Source of the DNA: an uncultured Solirubrobacterales bacterium
GTDB lineage: Bacteria; Actinomycetota; Thermoleophilia; Solirubrobacterales; 70-9
Assembly (NCBI GenBank): GCA_963780305.1
Contig: CAWABN010000016.1
Coordinates: 15,585 to 79,584, forward strand
Direction of reading: 5' to 3'
DNA length: 64,000 bases
Positions within the stretch are counted from its first letter, which is position 1, and each line of letters begins with the position of its first letter. The translations under genes and the position numbers were made by a program. The notes under the pieces are model-generated. The model searched no databases. It was not told the DNA's origin and saw only the letters and a program-made list of their open reading frames with translations. Positions 48,817-59,695 of this stretch are shown one piece after another.

Positions 48817-50139
48817 ATGGACAGTTCCGCGAACAACCAGAGCGTCGCGGCGGTGGACCCGATCGCCGCCTCACCGGTCTACCCGCGTGGCTCGCGGGTG
48901 AACGAGCGCGGCCATCTCGAGATCGCAGGCTGCGACGTGGTCGATCTCGCCGAGGAGTTCGGCACCCCCGCCTACATCTACGCCGAGGACGACATCCGCT
49001 GGCGCGCCCGCGAGTACCGGCGGGCGTTCGAGGAGCGCACCGACAACTTCGAGGTGCTGTTCGCGAGCAAGGCGCTGCCGATGACGGCCGCCTACCGCCT
49101 CTGCGTCGAGGAGGGCCTCTCGGTCGACGTCGCCTCGGGCGGCGAGCTTCGGATGGCCCTCGCCGCCGGCTTCGATCCCGCCCGCATCCACATGCACGGC
49201 AACAACAAGACCGAGGCCGAGCTCCGCTACGCGTTCGATGCAGGCGTCGGCCATCTGATCCTCGACTCCTTCGACGAGATCGAGCGCGCCGACCGTCTCC
49301 TCGACCGGCCGCAGCGGGTGCTGATCCGGCTCACCCCAGGGATCAAGCCATCCACCCACTCCTACATCCAGACGGGGCAGCTCGACTCGAAGTTCGGGTT
49401 CGGCCTCGCGGACGGACTCGCCGAGCGCGCCGTCGACCGGGTGCGCGGCTCGCGGCACCTGGAGCTGGTCGGCCTCCACGCCCACATCGGCTCCCAGATC
49501 TTCGAGCTCGAGCCCTACACCAAGGCGATCGAGGTGCTCGCCGAGTTCACCCGCTCGGTCGACCTCGAGCCCGAGCTGCTCAACGTCGGCGGCGGGCTCG
49601 GCATCGCCTACCTGGAGAGCGACGAGCCGCCCTCGATCGAGGACTACGTCGAGGTCAAGGTGAACGGGGTGCGGCGGGTCTTCGACCCCGTCCCCCGGAT
49701 CCTGGTCGAGCCCGGCCGCTCGCTGGTCGGCAACGCCGGGATCACCGCCTACCGGGTCGGGACGGTGAAGGAGATCCCCGGGGTCCGCACCTACGTCGCC
49801 GTCGACGGCGGCATGTCGGACAACATGCGCCCGATGCTCTACGACGCCCGCTACGAGGCGCTGATCGCCGACCGCGCCGGCGAGGACCCCGACACCCCCG
49901 CCACGGTCGCCGGCATGCACTGCGAGTCCGGCGACGTGCTCGTTCGCGACGTCGAGCTGGCCGCGCCGCGGGTCGGCGACGTGCTGGTCACCCCGGCCAC
50001 CGGCGCCTACGGCCACGCGATGGCGAGCAACTACAACGGCGTGCCGCGGCCGCCGGTGATCTTCTGCCGCGAGGGCGAGGCCCGGGTGGTCGTCCGCCGC
50101 GAGAGCTGGGACGACCTGCTCGCGCGGGACGTGAGATGA
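48817..50139 (+). CDS. lysA: Diaminopimelate decarboxylase
   Basis: ATG at 48817. FGTPAYIY, FASKALP, HMHGNNK, HIGSQ, GGGLGI, EPGRSLV, ESGD and GAYG motifs. Intact. Confidence 0.95.
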   Translation: MDSSANNQSVAAVDPIAASPVYPRGSRVNERGHLEIAGCDVVDLAEEFGTPAYIYAEDDIRWRAREYRRAFEERTDNFEVLFASKALPMTAAYRLCVEEGLSVDVASGGELRMALAAGFDPARIHMHGNNKTEAELRYAFDAGVGHLILDSFDEIERADRLLDRPQRVLIRLTPGIKPSTHSYIQTGQLDSKFGFGLADGLAERAVDRVRGSRHLELVGLHAHIGSQIFELEPYTKAIEVLAEFTRSVDLEPELLNVGGGLGIAYLESDEPPSIEDYVEVKVNGVRRVFDPVPRILVEPGRSLVGNAGITAYRVGTVKEIPGVRTYVAVDGGMSDNMRPMLYDARYEALIADRAGEDPDTPATVAGMHCESGDVLVRDVELAAPRVGDVLVTPATGAYGHAMASNYNGVPRPPVIFCREGEARVVVRRESWDDLLARDVR

Positions 50140-50292
50140 GTGACCCCACGACCATGCACGCCTGGATGACGGCCGTGGCCGTCGCATCTCGGCGTCCTCG
50201 GGCTCGCCCTTGCCACCAGCAAGGGCTTCGCCCTTCGTCCACCGACCTGCTCGGCCACGGCCGCCCCCAGGCGCACAGCGCCGTGGGGTCAC
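50140..50292 (+). other. 153-nt nested inverted-repeat (long hairpin) element filling the lysA-hom spacer
   Basis: P1 GTGACCCCACG (50140-50) pairs with CGTGGGGTCAC (50282-92). P2 CGCCTGG (50159-65) pairs with CCAGGCG (50267-73). P3 is 12 bp, 50170-81 with 50252-63. The apical hairpin is GCCCTTGC-CACCA-GCAAGGGC (50206-26). Confidence 0.6.
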
Positions 50293-50303
50293 CCATCTAA
50301 ACG

Positions 50304-51547
50304 ATGCCGGCGAAGAAGCCCAAGGCCGCTGAGGTATCCGTCGGCATCCTCGGCAAGGGGACGGTCGGCGCAGCGTTCAAGAAGCTGCTCACCGATCGGG
50401 CCGAGATGGTCGAGGAGGTCTCCGGCCGCCGCCCCAAGGTGACCGGCGTCCTCAGCAGCAAGAAGGGGGACTTCGACAAGATCCTCGCCGCCAGCGACAT
50501 CATCGTCGAGCTGATCGGCGGCATCGACCCGGCCCGCGACTACGTCACCGGGCGCTTCGCGAGGGCCGCCACGTCGTCACCGCCAACAAGCAGCTGATCG
50601 CCCAGCACGGCGCGGAGCTGGTCGCCGCCGCGCGCGAGGGCGGGGCGCAGCTTCGCTTCGAGGCCGCGGTCGCCGGCGCGATCCCGGTGATCCGGGTGGT
50701 TCAGGAGAGCCTCGGCGCGATCCCGATCGAGAAGGTGTTCGGGATCGTCAACGGCACCACCAACTACATCCTCACCGAGATGGCCCGCGGCGGCCTCTCC
50801 TACGAGGATGCGCTGAAGCAGGCCCAGGAGCTCGGCTACGCCGAGGCCGACCCGACCGACGACGTCGGCGGCGCCGACGCCGCGGCGAAGATGGCGATCC
50901 TGGCGCGGCTCGCCTTCGGCACCCCGGTGCGGCTCGACCAGGTCCCCTACGAGGGGATCGAGCAGATCAGGCCCGACGACCTCGCCTACGCCAAGGAGCT
51001 GGGGCTCTCGCTGAAGCTGCTCGGGGTCGCCGAGCGCCTCGGCGAGGACGAGGTCAGCGTCCGGGTCTTTCCCTGCTTCCTCTACCCGGGCCACCCGCTG
51101 GCGCCGATCGAGGGCCCGTTCAACGCGGTCATGGTCGAGGCGCCGGCGATCACCGAGATCACGATGTCGGGGCCCGGCGCGGGCGGCCCCGAGACGGCCT
51201 CGGCGGTGCTCGGCGACGTCGTCTCGGTCATCACCGGCGGCTCGCCGCTGTTCGAGGAGAACTCGAGGCTGAAGATCGCCAAGGACGTGGAGTCGGCCTT
51301 CTACCTCCACCTCGAGGTCGAGGACCGGCCCGGCGTCCTCGCCCAGATCGCCGAGATCCTCGGCGAGAACGAGGTCTCGGTCCGCAGCGTCGTCCAGCGC
51401 GGGATGGGCGAGGACGCGCAGCTGATCATGGTCATGCACCGCGGTCGCGAGAGGCGGTTCGACGCGGCGCTGAAGAAGATCGCGAAGCTCAAGTTCCTGC
51501 GCTCGCCGCCCCGCGCGATCCGGGTGATCGAGGAAGAGTTCAGCTGA
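50304..51547 (+). CDS. hom: Homoserine dehydrogenase (one frameshift near 50555)
   Basis: VGILGKGTVG, VVTANKQLIA, NGTTNYIL, ADPTDDVGGADAA and a C-terminal ACT domain (YLHLEVEDRPGVLAQIA..). Confidence 0.9.
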
Positions 51548-51555
51548 GACTGCCC

Positions 51556-52591
51556 GTGCCGGTTCCCCTGATCGAGCGCTACCGCGACGATCTGCCGCTC
51601 GAGGACGGCGATCCGCGTGGTGACCCTGAACGAGGGCTCGACTCCGCTGATCCACTCGCCGCGGCTGTCGGAGCGGATCGGGGCCGAGGTCTACCTCAAG
51701 TTCGAGGGGGCGAACCCGACCGGGAGCTTCAAGGACCGCGGGATGACGGTCGCGGTCTCGCGCGCGCCGGGGCGGGGCGGAGGCGATCATCTGCGCCTCG
51801 ACCGGCAACACCGCCGCGAGCTGCGCCGCCTACGCCGCGCGCGCGGGGATGCGCGGGGCCGTGATCGTGCCCGAGGGCAAGATCGCGATCGGCAAGCTCG
51901 CCCAGGCGCTGATGCACGGCGCGCGGGTGATCGCGCTGGAGGGCAACTTCGACCAGGCGCTCGAGATCGTCCGCGAGCTCGCCGACGCCACCCGATCGAG
52001 CTGGTCAACTCGGTCAACCCCTACCGGATCGAGGGCCAGAAGACCGCGGCCTTCGAGGTGATGCGAGGAGCTCGGTGAGGCGCCCGACGCGCTGGCGATC
52101 CCGGTCGGCAACGCCGGCAACGTCACCTCCTGGTGGAAGGGCTTCCAGGAGCGCCAGGCGACGCCGATCCTCTACGGCTTCCAGGCCGAGGGCGCGGCGC
52201 CGCTGGTGCGAGGGCCACCCGATCGAGAACCCCGAGACGGTCGCCTCGGCGATCCGGATCGGCAACCCGGCGCGCTGGGAGGAGGCGATGAACGCCTTCA
52301 CCGCCTCGCGGGGGCGCGTCGCCGCGGTCACCGACGAGCAGATCCTCGACGCCTACCGCTGCTGGCTCGACAGCGAGGGGGTCTTCTGCGAGCCGGCCTC
52401 GGCGGCCTCGGTTGCGGGCCTGCTCGCCCACGGGCTGCCCGTCGCCGAGGGGGCCGATCCGCCCCGGCACGGTCGTCTGCGTCCTCACCGGCCACGGGCT
52501 CAAGGACCCCGACACCGCCCTCGGCAAGGCGCCCGCGGTGATCGGCTGCGAGCTGGACGTGACGGCCGTCGAGAAGGCCGTCTTCGACTGA
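51556..52591 (+). pseudogene. thrC: Threonine synthase, frame-broken (at least 5 changes)
   Basis: [55 protein letters not shown] and [22 protein letters not shown] are found across three frames. Confidence 0.85.
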
Positions 52592-52640
52592 GCACGGCGC
52601 TGTCCGGCACCGCGACCGAAGCGGCTCAAGGAGGAGAGAA

Positions 52641-53253
52641 GTGGGCTGTTCAAGGGGATGAAGGACATGGCGGATGACCAAGCAGGCAAGCAGCTGCAGG
52701 AGCAGCAGCAGCGGACGCCGGCTACAAGCCCGGCTCGGCGGCCAGATGGCGCAGATGGGCGACATGCTCGGCCAGGCGAACGAGCAGCTCGAGGAGCTCA
52801 ACGACCAGGGCGACCGGACCGGCTCCTCGCCGACGGCATCGCGGCCAGGGCGTGATCGTCGCCATGGGCACGCCCGCCCGCGGCGCCCAGTAGTTCAACC
52901 TCGACATCGACCTCGAGGTCCACGTCCGCGGCCGCGCCCCGTACCGGGTCGCCAACCAGTACATGGTCCCCGCCGCCGCCCCCCTCGGCCAGGGCGTGAC
53001 CCTGCCGATCAAGGTGGACCCGAACGACCCGGCGAAGATCGCGATCGACTGGGACGCGTCGCCAGCGGCCCCGCTCGCGGCGAGGTCCGGCCGGCCGGCG
53101 GCGGCGAGCCGGCCTCGCGCCGACGCCGACCGGCGGCCTCGGCGCGGCGGCGACACGGTCGCCGAGCTCGAGCGCCTCGCGAAGCTGCGCGACTCCGGCG
53201 CGCTCACCGACGCCGAGTTCGAGCAGCAGAAGGCGAAGATCCTCGGCGGCTAA
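52641..53253 (+). pseudogene. SHOCT-domain protein, frame-broken, with an in-frame TAG at 52891
   Basis: GTG at 52641 follows AGGAGGAG. MGLFKGMKDM is restored by one C. The middle reads FNLDIDLEVHVRGRAPYRVANQYMVP..IKVDPNDPAKIAIDW. The C-terminus DTVAELERLAKLRDSGALTDAEFEQQKAKILGG is SHOCT-like. Confidence 0.6.
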
Positions 53254-53261
53254 CCTCGGGC

Positions 53262-53601
53262 GTGGCCCCAGCCGCGCGTCGAGTTTCTCTGGTGGGAGGG
53301 GTGCCCCTCGTGGGAGCGGGCGCTCGGCGAGCTGCGGGCGGCGATGGCCGAGGCCGGCCTCGACCCCGAGGCGATCGAGTGCGCGAGATCGAGACCGAGT
53401 GCCGGCCGAGCGCGAGGGGTTCCCCGGCTCGCCGACGATCCGCGATCGACGGCGCCGATCTCCAGCCGCCCCGAGGGCGAGCCGCCGGGCTTGATCTGCC
53501 GCGTCTACCGCGGCCGCGACGGCAGCGTTTCCCCTCTGCCCGACCCGGCCGATCTCCGCGACGCGCTGGCGCGGCTGCCGTTGGCTGAGGTGGTCATCTA
53601 G
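53262..53601 (+). CDS. Small thioredoxin-fold-like protein (frameshifted; start uncertain)
   Basis: VEFLWWEGCPSWERALGELRAAMAEAGLDPEAIE.. and ..FPGSPTIRIDGADL..GLICRVYRG..; fragments in two or three frames. The family assignment is tentative. Confidence 0.45.
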
Positions 53602-53645
53602 CCTCCGGGCATCAGCCTCCAAGCTCGAGCGACGAGGGGAGTCAG

Positions 53646-54182
53646 ATGGCGATCTCGATCGGCGAGAGAGCGCCCGGACTTCGAGCTGCCGGGCACCGAC
53701 GGCAGCCGCCACGCGCTGTCCGCCAACGGCCCCGCCGGGGCGACGGTCGTCTACTGGACCTGCAACCACTGCCCCTACGCCCTCGCGTGGCACGACCGGA
53801 TGCTCGACGTCGCCCGCGACTACGCCGATCGCGGGGTGCGCTTCCTGGCGATCAACTCCAACGACGCCGAGCGCTACCCGGCGGACTCCTTCGAGGCGAT
53901 GGTCGAGCGGGTCGAGCAGCGAGGGGGAGTGGCCGCATCCCTACCTCCACGACGAGAGCCAGGAGGTCGCGCGCGCCTGGGGCGCCGAGAAGACCCCGCA
54001 CGTGTTCGTCCTCGACCCGGAGCTCAGGCTTCGCTACCACGGCGCCCCCGACGCCGACTACGAGGACGCATCGCACGGGGCCGCCTGGGTGCGCGAGGCG
54101 CTCGACGCCGTGCTCGAGGGCCGCGAGCCCGAGCGCACGGAGACGCCGGCGGTCGGCTGCAGCGATCAAGTGGAAGCCGTGA
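53646..54182 (+). pseudogene. Thioredoxin/redoxin family protein (TlpA/AhpC-TSA-like), about 3 frame changes
   Basis: MAISIGERAPDFELPGTDG, VVYWTCNHCPYA (CxxC), RFLAINSNDAERYPADSF, KTPHVFVLDPELRLRYHGAPD. Confidence 0.7.
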
Positions 54183-54192
54183 GAGCCCGGCG

Positions 54193-55073
54193 ATGACCGC
54201 CCGCCGCCGCCTGGTCAGGGTCCCCGCCTCCTCGGCCAACCTCGGGCCGGGCTACGACGTGCTCGCCGCCGCGCTGAGCGCTCTACCTCGAGCTGGAGGT
54301 CGAGGAGACCGGATCGTTCTCGGTCGAGGCGAAGGGACTCGACGTGCCGCTCGACCGCTCCAATCTGTGCGTGCGCGCCTTCGAGTGGCTGCGGCCGGCC
54401 GACGAGATCGCCTTCCGGATCCGCAGCGAGATTCCCCTGGCGGCGGGCCTGGGCTCGAGCGCGGCGGCGATCGTCGCCGGGCTGCTCGCGGCCGACCACC
54501 TCTACGAGCTGGCGCTGGAGCGCGAGGACCTGCTCACCCACGCGGCCGAGATCGAGGGCCATCCCGACAACGTCGCGGCCGCGCTCTACGGCGGCTTCGT
54601 CGTCTGCTCGCGCCAGGATGGCGCCGTCACCGCGACTCGGCTCGAGCCCCCGAGGGGGTCGAGGGGGTGCGTGGTGATTCCCGCCGAGCAGGTGCCGACC
54701 GAGCAGGCGCGCGAGGCGATCCCCGGCAAGGTGCCGATCGACGACGCGGTCGCCAACGTCGCCGCCGCCTCCGAGCTGGTGCTCGGCATCCAGCGCTCCG
54801 ACCTCACCCTGATCGGCCGCGGGCTCGCCGACCGCCTCCATCAGCCCCACCGCGCCCACCTCTATCCGCGCTCGATGGAGATCGTCGCCGATGCGCCGCA
54901 GGCTGGGCGCGATCGGCGCGACCATCTCCGGCGCCGGCCCCACCGTCCTCGTCTGGTCCTTCTGGCAGAGCACCGGCAAGGTCGTCGAGGCGCTCCGCAA
55001 GCGGGTCGGCGACTGGGCGGAGGTCCGCCGCGTCCCCTTCTCGGCACTGGGCGCCGACGTCCCGGAGCTCTAG
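54193..55073 (+). pseudogene. thrB: Homoserine kinase, about 3 frame changes
   Basis: VRVPASSANLGPGYD, IPLAAGLGSSAAAIVAG, GHPDNVAAALYGG, ..HQPHR.. and GATISGAGPTVLV. Confidence 0.85.
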
Positions 55074-55079
55074 CGATCG

Positions 55080-55376
55080 GCCTCTGGGCCCTGCGCCGCT
55101 GAGCCCCAGGGCTCCGGCCCCGACCGCGTCCCGCATGCCTCGGGGCCGGCGTTCCTGGGCTTTCCCTGCTAGAGCCTCGATCCGCGCCGTTGAAGCCGCA
55201 CTTCTTGCCCTTGTCTTCGGGGCCGGGTGCTTCTTCTGCTTCTTCTTCGCCGAACACGGCTTCTGCGAATGCGGAACTCCGCCCTGGTCAGCGACCGAGC
55301 TGGCTACCGGAAACGAGAGGGCGAGTGCAGCGCCAGTCACCAGCGTCGCAACCCTGCGCATCGTGCGTGACGTCAC
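55080..55376 (-). CDS. Possible small secreted protein. Its 3' end is unresolved.
   Basis: GTG at 55376, 10 nt after AGGAGG, gives MTSRTMRRVATLVTGAALALSFPVASSVADQ.. (signal peptide). The downstream frame is ambiguous and has no stop before thrB. Confidence 0.25.
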
Positions 55377-55464
55377 CTGAATCACACCTCCTGAGGGTGG
55401 GTCGAATACGACCTTTAGAGCGCCACCGCCGCGCGAGGGGTTACGGGCAGCCGAGATGTGGTGG

Positions 55465-55934
55465 TCAATCCAGCAGGCCGACCTGGCGCAGGATCGAGAC
55501 GGAGTCCGAGTAGACGTCCTTGCGCTTGACGAGGCCGTCCTCGAAGGGGATCACGTCGATCCCTCGCCACTCGACCTTCTTGCCGGTCGGGTGCGGCGAC
55601 CAGGTCGCCCCGGCGCATCTCGTTCTTGTGGGTCGCGGTCGCCGTCCACTCCTGGGTGACGACCCCGTCGCGGACGTAGAGGCGGCGGGTCTCGAAGTGG
55701 ATGTCGGGCCAGGTCTCGAAGATCGAGCCGATGTGGTCGCGGACTTCCTCGCCCTCGGCCGACTCGCCCGCGGTGTGGTTCTCGAAGACCATGTCCGGGG
55801 CGTGCATCGCCATGATCGCGTCGAGATCGTGGCCGTTCCAGGCCTCGTTGTAGTCGCGCGATCGCCTCCTCCAGGGCTTTCGCCGAGTCGTCTCCCACGC
55901 CGAGAGGATATGTTCGCGAGGCCGGAATAGACAA
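55465..55934 (-). CDS. SnoaL-like / ester cyclase family protein (about 2 frameshifts)
   Basis: YNEAWNGHDLDAIMAMHAPDMVFENH..., IFETWPDIHFETRRLYVRDGVVTQEWTATATH and C-terminal ..VEWRGIDVIPFEDGLVKRKDVYSDSVSILRQVGLLD in a shifted frame. Confidence 0.7.
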
Positions 55935-55960
55935 CCGGGGATCAGGAGGAGGACGAGCGC

Positions 55961-56336
55961 ATGGCCGACGGCTACACGATCAAGAACGTCGACGACTTCG
56001 AGGTGATGGAGGGGTCCGGCGGCGCCACCTGGCGCCTCGCCCGCAAGACGCTCGGCGCCGAGGCCTTCGGCTTCAACGTCGTCGACATCGAGCCCGGGGG
56101 GCAGATCCCGGCCCACGACGAGAGCGGGGAGCGACCAGGAGGAGGTCTTCGTCGTGCTCGAGGGCGAGGGCACGATCGTCGCCGGCGACGAGGAGCACCC
56201 GGCGCCGGCCGGCACCTTCTTCCGCTTCGCCCCCGAGGTCCATCGCACGATCCGCAACAAGTCGGACGCGCCCGTCCGCGCCCTATTGATCGGCGTTCCG
56301 GTCAAGAGCGGCTACGAGCCGATGTCCTGGGGCTAG
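55961..56336 (+). CDS. Cupin domain protein (one frameshift near 56130)
   Basis: FGFNVVDIEPGGQIPAHDE.. then QEEVFVVLEGEGTIVAGDEEHPAPAGTFFRFAPEVHRTIRN. Confidence 0.8.
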
Positions 56337-56519
56337 GACCCGTGGACCCGAGGCTGAGGATCAGCGGGGTTCGGGGGGATGCGACCACTGCGCATCCGCA
56401 TATGCCGCGCGTTCCGGAACGCTCTCAGGGTCGCCGCAGCCGCTCGCGGATATCACTGGACCGGCGGGCGATCTTGTAATAGGGTGGCCGTCGACGCATC
56501 GACAGCTAGGAGAAACAGC

Positions 56520-57476
56520 ATGGTGCGTTCGAGGCTTTTCCGTGGGGTTGGGGTGACCACGTTCCTGCTGGGTGTCGGGGCGGCGACCGCACTCGCCTGC
56601 TCGGAGCCGAACCTGGTCCTGGGTGAGTCGCAAGCCGGCGCCGGCGATATCGTGAGCTACTCGGTCAGCGGGACCGACCAGGGCGCGAGCTACACGTTGA
56701 GCGTGGACGGGACGGGGGTTGGCTCGGGTACCGACAGCACGGCTGCTCCCGGCACCTCCGGCAGCTTCACGATGCCCGACCTCGGGAACACGCCTCATAG
56801 CGCTTATGTGCGGCTCTTGACCACGCACGAGGGAAATGAATGGGCGAGCTACCAGCCGATCCAGTACACGGTTCCCGCACCGGCGGGGACGCCATCGGGT
56901 TTCGCCGGAGCCCCGTCTCTCTCAAAGGCAGGCAGCGAGAAGTCAAAGGCAGGCAGCGAGAAGGCGTCGAGAACGAGTCATCCTCGAAGCCGGTCCCGGT
57001 CTGATGGTGATACCGGCAACGGTCTTGCCGCTTCCCCGCCAGGTGTCGCCGGGGCGGGATCGCCCACTGTCCAGACGAGGTCCGCCTCGACGCGAGATTC
57101 CTCAGCGGCAGGTGAACAGGCCGCTGTCGCCGCTGCGGCGGGCTCCGCAAGGCGTAGCGCGGCGACCGTTGTGGGGTCACAGCCCTTCGACGTGCCAGCT
57201 GGGTTCGCGATTCCCGGCTACTTCCTGCTGGCGCTGGCAATGGCGCTGCTCACAGGGGTTGGCGTGATCGGTGTGCTCGTCGCCCGCCGGCGCCCCGATG
57301 GCGACGACCCAGCGGCCGTCCCGGCCGGGTCGGGTCTCTGGACTCCACCGCCGTTCCGCGCCGAGGCCACGATGCGAGGGATGCTGATCGAAGCCGAATT
57401 GCAGGAGATGATCGCTGAGCAGCGAGCCGCGATGCTGCTCGGTCCGGCCGAGGAGGCCGAGCCAGAGCTGCGCTAA
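56520..57476 (+). CDS. Exported protein with a C-terminal TM anchor and cytoplasmic tail (hypothetical)
   Basis: ATG follows AGGAGA. Signal peptide ..LLGVGAATALA, a beta-rich N-terminal domain, a Ser/Ala/Gly linker, a TM helix (YFLLALAMALLTGVGVIGVLV) and an acidic tail. Confidence 0.6.
   Translation: MVRSRLFRGVGVTTFLLGVGAATALACSEPNLVLGESQAGAGDIVSYSVSGTDQGASYTLSVDGTGVGSGTDSTAAPGTSGSFTMPDLGNTPHSAYVRLLTTHEGNEWASYQPIQYTVPAPAGTPSGFAGAPSLSKAGSEKSKAGSEKASRTSHPRSRSRSDGDTGNGLAASPPGVAGAGSPTVQTRSASTRDSSAAGEQAAVAAAAGSARRSAATVVGSQPFDVPAGFAIPGYFLLALAMALLTGVGVIGVLVARRRPDGDDPAAVPAGSGLWTPPPFRAEATMRGMLIEAELQEMIAEQRAAMLLGPAEEAEPELR
56922..56963 (+). repeat. Perfect 21-nt tandem duplication inside the 56520 gene
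   Basis: TCAAAGGCAGGCAGCGAGAAG occurs twice in tandem, encoding SKAGSEK-SKAGSEK. Confidence 0.9.
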
Positions 57477-57567
57477 GTGCGGCCGCCACTTACCTGGCGT
57501 GCCTGTGTCCGAATAGGATCCGGCCAGGGTCCCAGTGGCGCGAAGAATGATGGGGTAGGAGGGTCGT

Positions 57568-59695
57568 TTGATTCAGCGGTTGCGGCGCGGAATGGCCGTC
57601 ACCCTGATCGTCATGGGTTTGGCCTTGATCGCCCCGAGCGGCGTTTCGACGGCGCTCGCGGCCCCCCCTTCGGCGACCGGCTTGCCGCTTGGCTACACCG
57701 TGCAGCGCGTTGACAGCCCGACCCCAGCCATCAACGGCAACTTCGGACTCGGATTCACCCAGGCCGGCGACCTCAATGGCGACGGCAAGATGGACTTGAT
57801 CGTGGGGACCGACGAGCATGGTGGCAGCACCGGCCCTGTTTTCGAGATCAGCGGAGTTGACGGCTCGCTGATTCGCAGCATCCCGACCCCCGACCCCGGC
57901 GGCACCGGAATTGCGCCGAGCTTCGGCAGCTATGTCGGTGGGCTGCCCGACATCGGAAGCTGCGCCGGCGGCACACCGGGCGTAACCTGCGCGAGCTTCG
58001 GTGTGCCCGACGGCACTCCCGACGTCCTGGTCAGCGCGCTCGGCGTGGACGTCGGCGGTCTCGTGGACGCGGGTCGCGGTTATGTCATCGACGGTGTCAC
58101 CGGTGGCGTCCTGAGGCGCCTGGACCTGCCCCCGGCCGACATCACCGAGCAGCTGAACGCGCCCGGCGGACCCGCTAAGCCCGCGCTGGGGCGAACGATC
58201 CTCAACCCGTCCAGTGAGTTCGGAGCCGGCAACGAGGCCGCAGTCGCAGCGGTGCAGATCGGCGACATGAACGGCGGCGGTAAGCCCGACGTGATCGTCG
58301 GCGCCTCCGACTACTTCGAGACCGGCGCTGACCGCGAACCCCGAGTCGGCGTGCGCTGGCCAAGGGGGAGTGAGTCCCGCGGTTCAGTGCCTGCAGGCGG
58401 GCCGTGCCTACGTCTACTACGGCGAGACGATCGCCGCCGGGTCTCCCGCCACGCCGGACAACGCCCCCGACATGACGATCAAGAACCCGGCCGCGCAGCC
58501 CGACGACACGACGCAGCCGGTCAACACCAATCGTGAGAGCTTCGCCTACTCGGTCGAGCCGATTGGAGACGTCGGGCAGTGCCTTGCCAACCCGGGGCCC
58601 GGCGCCAGGTGCCTCGACGCGGCCAGCAACGCGACGGCGGACGGCCTGCCGGACGTCGCGATCTCCTCGCACCGCACCGACGACTTCGACATGTTCGATG
58701 CGGGCGTGGTGCCGCTGATTGATGGCAAGAGCGGCTCGGTGCTCTACACCTACCGTCACCCCGAGCCCCAGCCGGCATCGATCTTCGGGTTCAGCAACTT
58801 CAACCAGCCGGCGATCGGCGATGTGGGCAGCGGCACGGCGCCCGACCTCTATCAGGCGGCGATGCGCCAGAACAATCCCTATACGGGCGGCGGCAAGGGC
58901 TTCTTCTTGAACGGCAACTTCCGTCAGCCTGGAAGCCCCAACTCGATCAGCTTTGCGACCGCCACCGACCCGACGCCTCACCCGAGCGAGGACTTCGGTA
59001 CCTCCTCGGCCGGTATCGGCAACGTCTTCGGTGACCCTCGCAACGAGGTCATGATCGGCGCCTACGGCCCGCACAATCCGGGGACTGCCGCCGACACGAT
59101 CAACGACGTCCATATCTGGGATCCGATCCACGAGGTTGAGCTGCAGAACTTCCAGGCCCCCGACCAGCAGGCTGGGCTCGGATTTGGCACCGCCCTGGCG
59201 CCGTTGGGGGACACCAACGGAGATACCTTCATCGACTATGCGATCGGGGCTGGCCTCTACGACCTGGCGACCAGCAGCGGCCCATGCAGTTCCACCTGCG
59301 GCGAGGCTGGGCGCATCTACATCTTCACGAGCAATAACACGCCGCCACCGTCGGGCGGGAACCAGCCCAACCTGGCACCGGTTCAGAACGTCCGCAGCCT
59401 CTCGCTGAAGACCAACAAGCTCCTGGTTGCGAAAAACCAGGAGGTCCAGCTGAGCGGTGAGCTCGATGCTGTCGCCGGCGGGACGGCCTGCACCGCGAAC
59501 CAGACTGTCGCGGTTGAGCGGCGCAGGAAGCGCGGGGGGTTCAAACGGATCGACACTGCACTGACCGATTCCGGCGGCGCATTCGACGTCGAGATCAGGG
59601 TCCGAAGGACCTCCGCCTTCCGGGCTACGGTCGGGGCCAGCTCATCTTGTGCGGCGGCCAAGTCAGCGAAGGTCAAGGTCAGGGTCAGGAAGTAG
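57568..59695 (+). CDS. FG-GAP/VCBS repeat (integrin-alpha-like) secreted protein (one frameshift near 58340)
   Basis: TTG follows GGTAGGAGGG. Signal peptide, then repeats GDLNGDGKMDLIVG, GDMNGGGKPDVIVG, ADGLPDVAISS, GDVGSGTAPDL and GDTNGDTFIDYAIG. The C-terminal domain is Ig-like. Confidence 0.8.

Noticed and set aside
52891-52893. In-frame TAG, considered as a possible recoding event (pyrrolysine or readthrough).
   Set aside because: It is a single occurrence in a gene that is also frameshifted, and nothing in the window suggests Pyl machinery. A plain nonsense mutation or a base error is far more likely.
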